From the NCBI GenBank assembly GCA_023231475.1, contig JALJEE010002326.1, positions 62,001 through 104,909 of the forward strand: 42,909 bases of DNA, written 5' to 3'. This DNA is from Seison nebaliae (Eukaryota). The notes below the pieces were generated by a model, which had not been told where the DNA came from, did not search any database, and was given only the letters and a program-made list of their open reading frames with translations. Both the position numbers and the translations under genes were made by a program. The stretch's first letter is position 1, and each line of letters starts with the position of its first letter. Shown piece after piece: positions 24,495 through 38,271 of this stretch.

Positions 24495-24652
24495 TTCGTC
24501 TTCCAATTCGACAAGAAGAGAATGATTTCAGGACAATCGATCAATTCGTAAGGAGAAGTAAAAAATATTTGAAAGATTTTTTTTTAAAATTTCGAATGAA
24601 TTTAAAAGAAAAAAAGGAAAAATCTGAAAAAAGGATGAGAAAAGAAGAAAAA

Positions 24653-25486
24653 TTAAATTTTATTATATTTCTTCGATAATCGGTCATTCGCATAAAGATG
24701 ACGTACAAGTCTCTCTTCAATCAATCTCAATGCTGCTAATGTCAACACTAGTGATTCGTGTTTGATCATCGAATAAATGTTCAATGAATAAACGGGAAGA
24801 ATATTGAATGAATTTATTCCATTAACTGCGTCCACCATATTCGCTGGAATTCGATGATCCACATCGACAAATAGACATGAATCACCCCATAATCGTTTAT
24901 CAGCCATTTCTTCCAAAATCAATGAATCATTCCAATCGATATCCAAATCATCAACAATATATAAATTTCTTTGATGATATTTAAAAGTGAATGTTGAACA
25001 TAATCCTTGAACTCTCTTGTCTTTCGGTTCAATGAAAAAATATGATTTCGGACCACGAGGTCCATGTATCTTCCCACCATGAATGAATTGAGGATTTCTT
25101 ATATTACCCTGACGAGCCTTTCCCAAACCTTTCTGTTGCCATGGTTTCCGATTACTTCCTGGCATTTCCACTGCAATCGGAAGGAATTTATAATCGATTT
25201 TTCTATACGTTTGTTGCCAATGAACATTATTATGAATCAAATCTATTCGGGGATAACAATGAAAGATATCTGGATGCAATTCCGTCAATGATTCATGATA
25301 ATTATCATCATTCGTTAATCGATCAACCCATGCCATCGGAATTGGATCAGTTGAACGATTATCTGATTCTAATCGATAGATTGATTTTGGTAATTCATAT
25401 TTCACATTATTCCTTCCCACATAACATCGATATAAGGAAATAGTAGGATTGAATCGATTCAATAAAATATTCTGAAGAAATTTCAT
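24653..25486 (-). CDS. MRPL4: Mitochondrial large ribosomal subunit protein uL4m (mRpL4), intronless
   Basis: Motifs LHPDIF..PRIDLIH.NV.WQ, RKPWQQKGLGKARQGNIRNPQFIHGGKIHGPRGPKSYF and LNIYSMIKHESLVLT; the N-terminus resembles a mitochondrial presequence. Confidence 0.95.
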   Translation of the reverse strand: MKFLQNILLNRFNPTISLYRCYVGRNNVKYELPKSIYRLESDNRSTDPIPMAWVDRLTNDDNYHESLTELHPDIFHCYPRIDLIHNNVHWQQTYRKIDYKFLPIAVEMPGSNRKPWQQKGLGKARQGNIRNPQFIHGGKIHGPRGPKSYFFIEPKDKRVQGLCSTFTFKYHQRNLYIVDDLDIDWNDSLILEEMADKRLWGDSCLFVDVDHRIPANMVDAVNGINSFNILPVYSLNIYSMIKHESLVLTLAALRLIEERLVRHLYANDRLSKKYNKI

Positions 25487-28400
25487 ATCAAATCAAACGA
25501 GAAAAAAAACTACGGACACTTCTCTTCTATCCAGCTTATCGAATTATCAATCCGAATTAATATGATATTCCTTTAAAAAATAAATTATTCTTTATTTTTA
25601 TTAAGCTTAATGTTTAATCTCTACTTGAAGTTCAAGCAACTTCGTTATTATCACAACTTTTCATTGCAATTACTATAGTTACCTTAATCTCTATTCATTT
25701 AATTTTATGTAAGATAAAGATTTAAAGAAATAACCCCATCATCATAATAACCATCAAACAACGTTTACTTTAATTATTTTCCAAATTTATTACAACAATT
25801 ATCATTTTTTATTCGTTTTAAAATTAGGAGAGTTTTTGGAACTTTTGCGAATTTATACGAATCCAACAATATTTGTATATGAATATTTTTGATTGTGCAA
25901 GAACTTGAAAACTAACAAGTATTGTAAGTAGCTGAATTATAAAGTAATTTGAACAAAATCTACTAAAACTTTCACAGTTCGGCATGTGGTCTATGTAATC
26001 TACAATTTCTAGTGATTAGAATTTTACGTCTTACAACGACGGTGGGAGTTCGGTAAAAAGTTTTTCCAGTAATATTAATTTGGTTCAGCATTTCCTTGAA
26101 TTAATGTTGGCATTTAGATCATCTACATTTCAAATTACATCTGTATAAACTGAATTTAAGTGAATCTTCATCGAGATGTCTCTTTTACGACATAATATGA
26201 AATTCCTATTTCTCCCCTTATGATACACGAATCATTGCCACTCGAAATAATTTAAATTATATTGTTGAAAGTTCATAAACTTAATTTTATTCAAATTGAA
26301 TTAGTCAATATTATCTAATACTTAAAATGGATCCCTAAATTACATAATTTTCATAAAGAATTGCGAATTGAAGAGAGAACACTACACTGAAGGCAATATT
26401 CCAGGATAATTAATAATCAGAGTAACAGTCAATATTATTTCAACAAAACGATTGGAAAACACCATCTGAAATTATAAGATAGAGAATTTAGAATAACTTA
26501 TCTTATCGATCTAAAAATAAGGATAATTGTTTGTTCAAATATTTTGATCGAAAATATGTCGATATAGATTGATCATGTGAATAATTCATAATTAATTAAT
26601 TCGATCACATCAAACTCAATTTCTGATGGTTAGAACTATAATTGATTATGGATATAACAGTTAATTTGAATATTTCAATTTAAGTAGATGTAGAAATTTT
26701 GTGGAGAATTGGAATTTATATGTCCGCCATAGAATGTTGACAAGTTGTCTAAGGGGAGTAAAAAATAACGAGAAAAGAACGTCACACAAAGTGCTCATTC
26801 TTAAATCTTAAATTTGAACACATTTCGAACAGTTATTATAAAAACGGGAAGAAAGGGATGAGTGATGAGCAACATGAAAATTTTGGGAAGATTGAAAGAT
26901 CTGAACTGATTTCGAAAACGGAACTTGATTTTGAATTGAAGAATAATTTGCTTGTCGTATTGAAGTAGTAGAAGAGTAGGAAGCAGAAAAGTACGATAGT
27001 TAATCTAACTAGCAAGAGAGAGGGTGGTGGTAGATATTGAAGTAAATTCGATAACGATTGACGATGATGACAATTAGGATGGTGATGATGGAGGAAAAAA
27101 ACAGACAGATAGAAATGAGAACGCATCCAATCGACGCATCGGAATGTGACATGAACGCACAAAAATACGAAAATATTTGAATGAGCATCCGATTTCGAGA
27201 GATATACTGTAGAAGACATTCATCATCATCATCAATTCATCAGTACATATACATTCACTATCAATCAGCCTACCATCACTCTACTTGCAACGTTTATGGA
27301 TGGAGGTATATGCAACCAACTTGGCAATAAAATATTCGAAAGATGGATTTGAAAAAGAAGATATAAAGATTCATTTTATATGGATGCATGCATGCATGCA
27401 ATATATCTATTCGATGACGATATCGTCAATCATCGTCAATTCTTCTTCCCTTTTCTTCATTTGGAGTAAAGAAAAGAAGAAAAAGTTCGTCCGATTGTTC
27501 GTACGCATGAGAGACGTTGTCATCGTTGTCGCTTGTTGAAACGCGATGATGTGTACCTCTGATTCTGTATCGTCATTACCTATTCACATTATCATCATCA
27601 TCATCATCCTTATCATCGTTTTGTTTTCTTTCTTGTTTCTTTTAACTGCTTCTCTTTTACATTTCTTCGATTCGACAAAATATTTCTACAAAGAATCGAA
27701 TCTTTCCTATTTTCGATCTGGTTCGGAAACAATTTTACTCCAATTTCTCCATGTAACATCGATTATATTCTGATCCCCAATGAAAACTCTTCCAGTCTCT
27801 CTTTTCTTCAACTCTGCCCCCTCCACTTCATTCCTTAACTACATTCAACAATTTATGTGAAGTTACATAACAAATTATGGAATTTCTTCAATCAATAAAT
27901 TCATGTACAACAACATCAGTTAATTTGAAGTTTATTCATGTTTTATGTTTCTTATGTTGTTCCTTCAATTTTAAATTTGGTGAAATTGATTGAGAAGTGA
28001 ACCCTTTACTCGAACGAGATCGAAGAAACAGGATGATGTGTATTCGAAATGGAGAGATAGATTTGTTAATTATTAATTGGATATTTGCAGATGTCGACGT
28101 TTCATCTAAATTTTTCCTGTTTCGTTTTCCTTTATGATGCGACGGTCGTTAAGTTGAGTATATACGGGATGGATTGAAGAGAAGCGATGCATCAACAAAT
28201 AACAAACAGCAGATAGAATTATAGAGGAACAGAATGTGGAGGAAAACGACATCGTTTCGCTTCACTAATTCGAATCCGTTCTTTCGTTTCTTCTGTCTAC
28301 TTTTTCTCTGAACAGAAGCGAAATTATGACGATGGTAATGGCAAATCGATTCGCTTCTTCTACATCGACTATTTCTTCTTTTCCTTCCTAATTCGAAGTC

Positions 28401-31400
28401 CACCATCCTTTTTAAACGTATTTAGGAATTGTAGAAATGTCACACCCAGAGATCCACCGACCCCACACAAACATATAGGCAATGGACGAACGAAATAGAA
28501 CTTGATTTATCTCACATATCCATCTTCTCATTCATTTCAATGACCGATGATGATAAAAAGAATATTAAGTTGAAATTACATAATACAAAATTCTAGATCT
28601 AGATATCTTTCTAAATAATGTCTTCAAATTATACGTATAGATAGAACTCTAAATTAATTCGTCCGTCAACAATTTCTATCCGTCAACTCCCACACATCAA
28701 CATTTCTTTATAAATATTGATTGGAAGAAATCATTCAACGATTCCATTTAAAAGGAAATTCCGGATATTTTCTATTCATCGATTGGTTAAAGTTCCAATG
28801 AGAATCATCGACATGATTCCATTAAACGATTTCATGATTTCATCCATTCTCCTCTCCATTTCACTTCCAGACCATTTGAATGGAATAATCAAATCATTTG
28901 ATTCAAATGATCTTTTCTCCTCTCATATCTACTCGTCATCTTCTTCTTCCATTTTTTTCGGTTCTCACAATTTTATTCGTCAGAATAGATGAGCAGACTT
29001 AATCTGGGAGACATGACAAGGAAACCGTCCACGAACGATTTCCATTCACAGTCAGAATTGATGAGAAGAATTCGTCATTTATTTCTCATGAAAATCAGAG
29101 TCTCTTATTCTCGAAATAATAGAAAAAGATTATCTTGACCATTGTCTTCTTCGGTTCAGATCATTCAATTTAATTTCGTTCAATTCATTCTCATACACAT
29201 ATCGTTAATTCCTTTCCATTCATTCGGAACAAGTCAACATCCTAATTCTTTTCTATTAATCCCAATTCCCTTTCATCTTCTCATCACCAAACTCTATCTC
29301 CATTCTAAAACAATTATCATCATTCTCATCAACAATTGCAATGCCATCACGAATGATTCATATGATTATCGATTACATCTATTTAATCAATAATTAATAC
29401 GAATGACACCAATTAGTTTCTCTAATTGAAATATGTCGAAGGACGAATAAGATAACATTGTTGTTTAGCATTTCTTTTCATCATAAAATTCGGGAAAGAA
29501 TTCTACAGTAGTTACACATTTTTTCGTGAAAGATTCGATTAAGCCACTTAACGCATACGATTTCTTGTGGGAGAGAAGACACACAAAAAATTTCGTATAA
29601 TTATAAGGAACAGTCAAAGAAGAAAAGGAAAGATAGACAAAAAGAATAGAAGATATTCGTTCTTTCTCCAATACTAAATAAGTGAACGAAAACATTTCAT
29701 TCTTTTAACTTCTTCTTTCAGCTCAACAATAATGCTTCTACCACAATCATCAATCTCTTCTCCTCTAACTATGCGTGTATATCTTGTAGTTATTCGTTAT
29801 CAGCTCTCCTTCATCCCACGTTCCTACCATAAAGAAGAGAATAGAGGTAGCTTAAGCAGAGTACAACGTAGATAACTTTTCATTCTTTACTGTTTCTTTA
29901 ACTTTCATGACGTCAGTTAATGGCTTTAAAAGAAATTGTCACATTTCATCGAACAAAAGGATCGATCGATCGACAACTATTTTCGTCGTCGTTTTCTCTT
30001 CTCCGAAGCGTTCTCTTCTCCATGTCCTCCTCCTCAAAAGATCGTCCACATCAACATATCTTATCTCTTCTATTAAAATTCTCTTTTCTTCCAAAAAAAG
30101 TAACTACCGTCGCTTAGTCAGAATTCTCCATCTATTTTCTTTCGTCAACATAATATAGAAATGAGAGCTCCATATCTTTCCCCCATCAAACATATTCCTC
30201 ATTCATCTAATTTTTCATTTGAATCGATAAAAAATAATAAAGTTGTTCTCGGAAGTTCATCAATAGTCAAAAATCGGGTATAATTTTCTGCCTCAATTAA
30301 ATGAAAGTTCTTAAAAGTCGAAGTAATCACCAATCTTTTAAAGATTCTCAAGAATGATTCGTAACGTCACAAATCTCTATTATTGTTTGATAAAGAATCT
30401 TTATGAATGGTTTCGCTCATTCGACAAGGACAATGGATGGAGAGACTTTAAAAGAATAGATTTCTAGCACTGAATGATAGAAGAATTCGAAGTATAAAGA
30501 AAGATAACACGCTCAATTATTTTAGAAGATTTTCCAATAATAATAAACAAGGTGAGATATCAACCGACACGATCTTTTAGAAAAATTGATAGAGACATAG
30601 TAATGGAAGATGAAGAAGCGTTTCTAAATATTGCCCCGAGGCTCATTTGACGGATGGAGCCATTAATTGCTACTTTTCTCTATCGTCACACTTGTCTGCA
30701 TTCTCTATTTATATTTTCATTTCTTCCATTTCATTTTTCCAACTGACATTCTCCATTTCATGAACAGACATTTATCTCTTTTGCTCTCGTCCTGCAACTC
30801 CCATACATTATCATTATCAGCCTCCATTCAATTCTCCCATCAACGAACGAACGTGAATAATTTTCTAACAGTTTTATGATAAAAGTTAGAATGAGAATAG
30901 ATATTCCACCAGCTAATTGTCGTCTTCAATGAGAGGATAAACAACTTTGCACTCTATGTTCTTTTCATTATTCCTTTATTAAAACTCTTTTTTTACAGAC
31001 TTCTAACGGCATTTCAGGGAATTTTTCTTCTTCAATTTTTACATCCTTTTTCCAGAAGCTTTTCCGCTTCTTTCACATGACCAACAAATCATGGAATGAA
31101 ACATAAAGCGCAGAACAATCTTCTTCTGTCACATTGATAAGTTCAGAGGAAGTTTATTAAAAATATGTTCCTCTTCCAAAACTACTCCGAATGATAAGGG
31201 AAATATGTGTATCTGTGTGTGTCTTTGAGGTGTTTCCCAGAACACGTTTTATTGGAGTACTGTCTGGCTGGTGCAACAGATAAAATAGTCATGGAATTAT
31301 CATGTAATAGAAGGTGTGCACCATCGGAATAGAAAAGGATGATGATTATGAGTACAATCAATCTGCCATATCGGTAGTACAATTCGGAGGAGAAAAGAAG

Positions 31401-32940
31401 AAACTTGTGCAATTTTTAGTATTTTTTTTTTCAAAGAATTGAAATAGGAAATTTAAATAATCAAAAAAAAAATGAAATGAAAGAATGTTTCTTGAAATAT
31501 AGAAGAGAAATGAGACAGGACGTTAGGAAGTAAAGAACGTTCGTTGAAATCATGCGACTTCCACTGGGAAAATAAAAGGAGAATTTTCAATTTTTTTACA
31601 TATCTCCTGTGTCTACAGAACCATACATTATTTTAATAAATATTCTCGTTATTATGTACAAATAGGAAGGAGGAATTCATGTTGACGTTATGGTGATATT
31701 AGGAAGGAACTGCTTATTTTCCATCATATTCCTCCATTTTTCTTCAAGAAAATTATTATCATTATCTTTCTTTCATTCTTTCTTCTTGGAATTCTGTTGA
31801 AGAGATCGAAGTTAAACTAGAATTTTTTTTAGAAAAAAATTAAATATATTCTTTTCTTCTTCTTCTTCTTCTATATCTTTTAGCTGTTCAAGTAGGGAAT
31901 TCATTCGAGTTGATCATGATGAAAAAAGAATGAACTTTGAACATTTCTATCATTTTTTTTCCTTCTGACTCTTGAAAAGACGAAGAAGTAATAGAAGAAA
32001 AGAAAGAGGATGATACTGATAGAAGAATATGGAGATTTTTTTTCTTTCGGTTTTTATCTTTCCAAAATTTGTAGGACTCATCCAATATATGTATGGAAGA
32101 TGATGAAAAAGAAGCGACTTATGAGAAGAGTTGTTAAATGAAAAGTATATTTTGTGTAATAATCAATCCGATAAGATTATTAAAGATTTATTTTCATTTT
32201 ATTATCCATAAATTGATTAGTTACTGCAAATGTTGTTGTTGTTTTTTGCTGTTGTTGTTTCCTCGTGTTCGGCTCCAATTCTTTCTTGGAATAAAAATGT
32301 TGCAGGTGAAGATGAAGATTAAAAGAATTATTCCTATGGTTTTATTGACGATTATTTCATTCCCAGTTCTACATGTCAACGAATTGGGAACTTGTGTAAA
32401 ATAATTTTTTTATGTGTCAATTTCTTTCTTGGTATATGTTAGTGTTGGTATGAGAGAAGGAGTAGTAATGGTTGTGAGCGATATATCTTCAGTTATCTAT
32501 TCGTTGACGAAATAATTGATGAAGTCCGAAGGTTTTGAGAGCGCTTCAAGTGGCAGAGCTTATCGAAACGATTAATTCCTTCTTCATCCTCGTCGAAATG
32601 GTTTGGTCGTCTGTATAAGAATGTGAGTTGATGTGTAAATGAGAATGAGAAGGAAAGAATTTGTTGTAATTGAAAAGAAAAGATTTTGAGAGAGAAAGGA
32701 AAGATGCTGCCAATTGAATAATGAAAAGATTTGTTTATCGACCGAATGAGAAATGAGAAATTTCAATTTAATTAACTTTTCAATAAATTAAATTTTTCTC
32801 GTTATTTTAACAGACGAAATTGAAGTGATTCCATCTGAATTACATTAAAAGGAAAAAAAGAATTGAATATTTTTACCATCCAATTCGATTTTGGATTAGA
32901 AGTGTAGACTTGTTCTCGCATCGTCGTTAATTGACTTTTG

Positions 32941-34402
32941 ATGATTTTGAATGCAATCAGTAACTTTCAACGAACATTGGAACATTCCGGTGTTGGAACA
33001 TTGGATAATAATAGTGTGACATCTCCCGAAGATATGTCACGGCGCAATCGGTTTGAGTTTGACAATTTTTCAATTTAATTTCATAAATTTTTTCTTTTTC
33101 TTCAAATCTTTAGAAGAAAACAAGGAACACCATCCAAATTAGATGTTCCCTCAATCGACAAATTATCGACAGATATTGATGAATGTGATTCGAATGTTTT
33201 AAAAGACGTCAATTCGGTGAATGTTTTAAACACAAATAATGAGTTAATAAATGAGTCGTACGTCAAAATGAATTGTTTAGAAGATGAAGAATTATCATCT
33301 GGTGTGGGATGTCATTGTACGTCAACACAATCTAATTCATTTGAGACGCATGATGATGATGTGATAGGAGATGGTGAAGATGAGAGTGTAGCTGAAGATT
33401 CGATTTTAGAGAACGACGAAAAAGAGAATGTTGAAGAGACGAAAGAAAAATTATCGATTTCAATTGATGATAATTGTGAAATGCTGGAAGATTCGAATGT
33501 GAAAGAGACGAATGATTTGAATGAAACGGATGAAAATGATGAGAACAGAAGTAATGAAGCTGATGATGATGAAGAAAAGATGAATGAAATGTATAAGAAT
33601 GACGATGTGGAAATGAGTGAGAATGGAACGGAAATAGATAACAAATCAGATGATGGAAAAGAAATGAATATGCAACGACTTTTGACGCAATTAGGTCGTT
33701 TTAAAAAAATGACAAATCTCTTTCAAGAACAATCGATTTGTGAACAATCATCTCCACCATCTTCCTCACCATCTTCTTCACCATCTGTTTCATCATTATC
33801 AACTTCTACCGGAACAATTTCATCATTGATCCACACGATAACAACGACCAGTTCATCAACAGTTGACACGTTGATAACATCGTCACCAAATCAAACGCCA
33901 AATGTTACAACGACAACGTCGAGTATTAGGATGGGTATAAATGGAAATGAAGAAATGATGACAGAAGATGATTCGAAAAATGAAGTTAGAGAATCGGAAG
34001 AAAATGAACGACAAAAATCCACTTTAGACTATCGGCAAATGATGGATATTTTGAAATGGTTTCGTGATACGAATCGTTCTGAAATATCTAATAAATCACC
34101 TTCAATATCATCACCTAACTCTCGTCCAGTAACAGAAACAACGACGACATCTTCGACTGCTGGAAAATTAAATGAAACAAACTTTCTTAACTCATTTCAA
34201 CATCAGAAACAATTTGTAGAATCAAATAATTATTTAACATCAATTACAAATCAAACAAATATCACCCAACAACAACAACAACAACAACAGCAACAAGAGC
34301 AACAACAACAACATGATCAACAACAGCTCCAACAACAATTATATCAGCAGCAGCAGCAGCAAGTGCAACAACAACAACAACAACAACAGCAGCAACAACA
34401 GC

Positions 34403-34435
<33 letters not shown>

Positions 34436-35009
34436 ATAATGTAAAAGTTCCTCAATATATTTCAGTTCCACATATTAAAACGGAACAAAGAACACGACGT
34501 CATTATAATTCTGAGGTGGATCCGAAAAAATATCGAAAAATTACTGATGAAGATGGTGTGAAGTATGCATGTTCGATTTGTGGGAATGTGTATAAATGGA
34601 GGAAGAGTTTGAATAAGCATTGGAAGGAGAAACATCCTACATCTATACCACCACCATTGGACGCTGAAGTGCCAATTCGATTGAGAAATGTTCCATATTC
34701 GATAACGGGAACTCATCAACTAAAATTAAATCGAATGTCATTGAATATGTCATCCACACCACAACAACAACAACAGTTCAATGGACTTATACAATCAACA
34801 TCATCATCGATGTCATTAGCCACTTCTTCCGCCACTATAACAACGACGACAATCGTTAATAGTTTACCATCGAATAGTGGAATGATTAATTCAGTCATCA
34901 CGAATATTGCTCATTCGAAATCGGATGAAAAAAATTTTTTCCAAACAAATTCTGATAATCAACAACAACAATTATTTCAGTTACAACGAGTTCTTGAACA
35001 AAACACATC

Positions 35010-35044
<35 letters not shown>

Positions 35045-38000
35045 TTAATAATATTATTCAAAATTGTAAGAATGAAACTAATAAGACTACGAACAATAAC
35101 AACAACAATAATAATACTAACCACAATAACTATTATAATGTGAGCACGAATAATATGGGCAACAACAGCAATATGAGAATAAACAATTTTGACGAGTGCA
35201 ACGGCTTATTAAAAGGAGAAAGCGCACAAATTATTCATTCGTTAGCAAGTCTTTTGAGGAAGAATTCTACGAATTCAAACCAAAATCTCTTTCATTCGAA
35301 TAATCATTCGCAATTTCTCTCACAATATTTCTCTTGTCAAAAGAACATGTCGTCGTCGTCGTCCATCTCCCAACAAGATGTCCCAATGGATGGTCGGTCG
35401 TCTTTTATTGAAATGTTGCAGCAACTCGTTCACCAGTTGGGTAAACATAATTCCAGTTCGATGATCAGTTCCAGTTCTGATTTGCAGGACATGTTCACCG
35501 ATGACCATCTCAAGTTCTTCATGTTGGGCTATCAGTTCGGTTGTGGTCAAATGTCGTCGGGTGAGAATCGTGAGAAGAATAACGATGAAAAGAAGTTGAA
35601 TATGTCCGAAGTCTTTCAACAATCCATCGACAAACGGAATAATTCGAGTCAGTTGTCTCTCCATCAGATGTCCAACAATACTAGTAACAATGAGAAAGAC
35701 GACCATGACGATGGTCCGTTAACTAGCAAAGGAATGTTAACTCTCTTAAAGAATGGTATTCAAGATCTTCAAGAACGAGGCAAACAATCTATCGAAGAAC
35801 CATCATCATCATCACAATATGATGAGAAGAGTCCGACGAATAATGAGGATGTATTTATATCCACCAGCATTCCATCCAATAACCAAGGCAACAACAACAA
35901 CAACAACACATCTAATGACATGTTTGAGAATAAAGATGATAATTCCATCAATGAACGATCTGTGGACGATCCGTTGGCAACACCGAAAAAATTGAGATCG
36001 ATGACACCATCATCATCAACTGCTCCCTCTTCCTCTACTACATCTGAGCCTTATCAGAAATTATTTAATTTAACCACTACTGATGGAAATGATGAGGATG
36101 TTGAAGGAAATATGAATAACAATAACAACAATAATCATCAAAATAATAGTCTCCTCTTATCGGCGATAAGTAAATTGAAGAAAACGAATCCGAATAATTT
36201 CAATGATATTTTTCGCCAAGTGACTGAAGCGATTCAACATCGGACAAAATCTCAAAGTAATGGATCGATGGGATCATTAGATATTACTAGTCGAACATTG
36301 GAGCAATTACAACAATTCACTGATGTCGATAATGATATTTATGCTCAGAATGATTATGATGACACGCTCATTTCACACTCTCATTCATTACCATCAAATT
36401 CGGATAATATCACTTCAACCGAATCGATAAATCAAAATCGATCCTCACATCCAGATCAACCAGATGATTATCTCGATGATGATGGTGCTAATGAAGAGAC
36501 GGATGATGAAATGAATAATTCAAATGATGTTAAAATTAATGGTGAAATATCAGGAGGAGGAGTATCACCACCGACACAATCCTCAAATTCGATGGCTCCC
36601 TCAACATTCAATAACGTCATTTCTGATACCTCATCAAATACGTCGTCGCAGCCTCATATGATTTCTGGTTCGACTGCCAAAGTTTTCACTTGTTCCGTTT
36701 GCTACGAGAAATATTATACTTTGGATGAGATAAATTGTCATTTCACATTGAAGCACATGGATTCATTGGAGCGTGAAATAAACGGTGAATCACCACCGAG
36801 AAATACAAACGTCGCATTACAAAATGAACAATGGAAATTATCCGATCCGAGCAATCATTTGAAATGTGTTCAATGTCCATTTGTTGGTCGATGGCCAACA
36901 GAGTTGCAGAAACATGCGGCGTCTCATTCCAGTTCCCGTCCTTTCAAATGTCTCGTTTGTTCTCTCACTTACAAATGGCGATGGGATTTGGCGAAACATT
37001 TCGATCGTTCACATTCTCAATTGACAAATCCATATAAGAAACGTGATCGTGATGCTGCTAAAGTTTCAACAAATTCTTCTCATTCATCCGCTTCATCAAC
37101 AAATGACGAAGGAAATATGATGATTGATGGATCGACAACAAACGACGATGAATATGATATGGCACTTCCATCTGTCAAAGATGAGATGATGGTCGATAAA
37201 AGACTCAACGAATATAATGACATGCAAATATCTTCATCACCTCCACAACCATCATCGTCATCAGTCACACCGCCAGTTAATTCCGCTGGTACTACGGGAA
37301 AACCGTTGAATGAACAAATTTCAGCTTTGATGGAACATCCGAAATATTTGGCGAAATTCCTTCAATTATTCGCTTCTCAACCATTGACGAATAATAATAA
37401 CGTTGGGAAGAATGGTTCATCCATCAATCTCCAAACTCCAAATCAATATTCATCCAGATCTAATGACAATTCAACATCCACATCCAATTTATCTGGTAAT
37501 TATCGATCGAATAATAAACAACTTATGAAGAATAATGTCAACAATAATTCATTTAATAATAATACGAATAATAATACGAATAATAATTCGTTGACTCGTT
37601 CAAATACGAAAAGTTCGTTGGGAGAAGGAAATGTGAAACCGGCTTATGCTTGTCCCTGGTGTCATTTCGAAGGTAAATGGAAAAGTGAATTATTGCAACA
37701 TCTTCGAAGTAATCATGCTCGTGAGAAACCGTTCAAATGTTCGGCTTGTACTTATTCGTCCAATTGGAAATGGGATGTCTTGAAGCATACACGGAAACAA
37801 CATCATGAATTGACGACGATCGATCATAGTAACGAGAATATGTATAAGGAGGAGAAACGACGATTAGCTGATGATTGGAATAAGGAACTCAATCTGACAC
37901 AACAACAAATCGAAGAGAAAATTGAATGTAATCTCTCTTCCAAATATGTCCGTGTTGTTGAATTACCAGATGATTATTTATTCTCTTGTCTCGTCAATCC

Positions 38001-38271
38001 CAGTTGGGAAGATGCGCGTGAAAGTGTCTTAAATGGAACAATCAGTAGTCTCCATCGTCATCAACAACAACATCAGCAATTGGGAGATCAATCTCAGAAT
38101 TATAATACGAATGTGTCATCGTCAATCCAATTCACTAATTCTTCTCCTTCTTCTCGACGGAATAAACGACGAGTTAATGATGCTTCATCATCACCATCGA
38201 ATACATCTCGAAACAATTTAATGAAAATGATCAAAAGTGAAAAAATTGTTAGATTGTCTTTCATTTCCTGA
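32941..38271 (+). CDS. Large C2H2 zinc-finger transcription factor (six fingers, ~1755 aa; alternative start at 33034)
   Basis: Exon 32941-33050, a 63-nt intron (33051-33113) and exon 33114-38271 are in frame with ORF 33217..38271. Fingers: CSICGNVYKWRKSLNKHWKEKH, CSVC..CHFTLKH, CVQC..KHAASH, CLVC..KHFDRSH, CPWC..HLRSNH, CSAC..KHTRKQH. Poly-Q/N/S tracts lie between them. Confidence 0.9.
34267..34434 (+). repeat. CAA/CAG trinucleotide tract encoding interrupted polyglutamine (56 codons)
   Basis: Read directly; CAA-dominated with a few E/H/D/L/Y/V interruptions. Confidence 0.95.

Noticed and set aside
26836..32766. Short ORFs upstream of the zinc-finger gene
   Set aside because: Products of TC/GA-rich low-complexity sequence with no recognisable domains.
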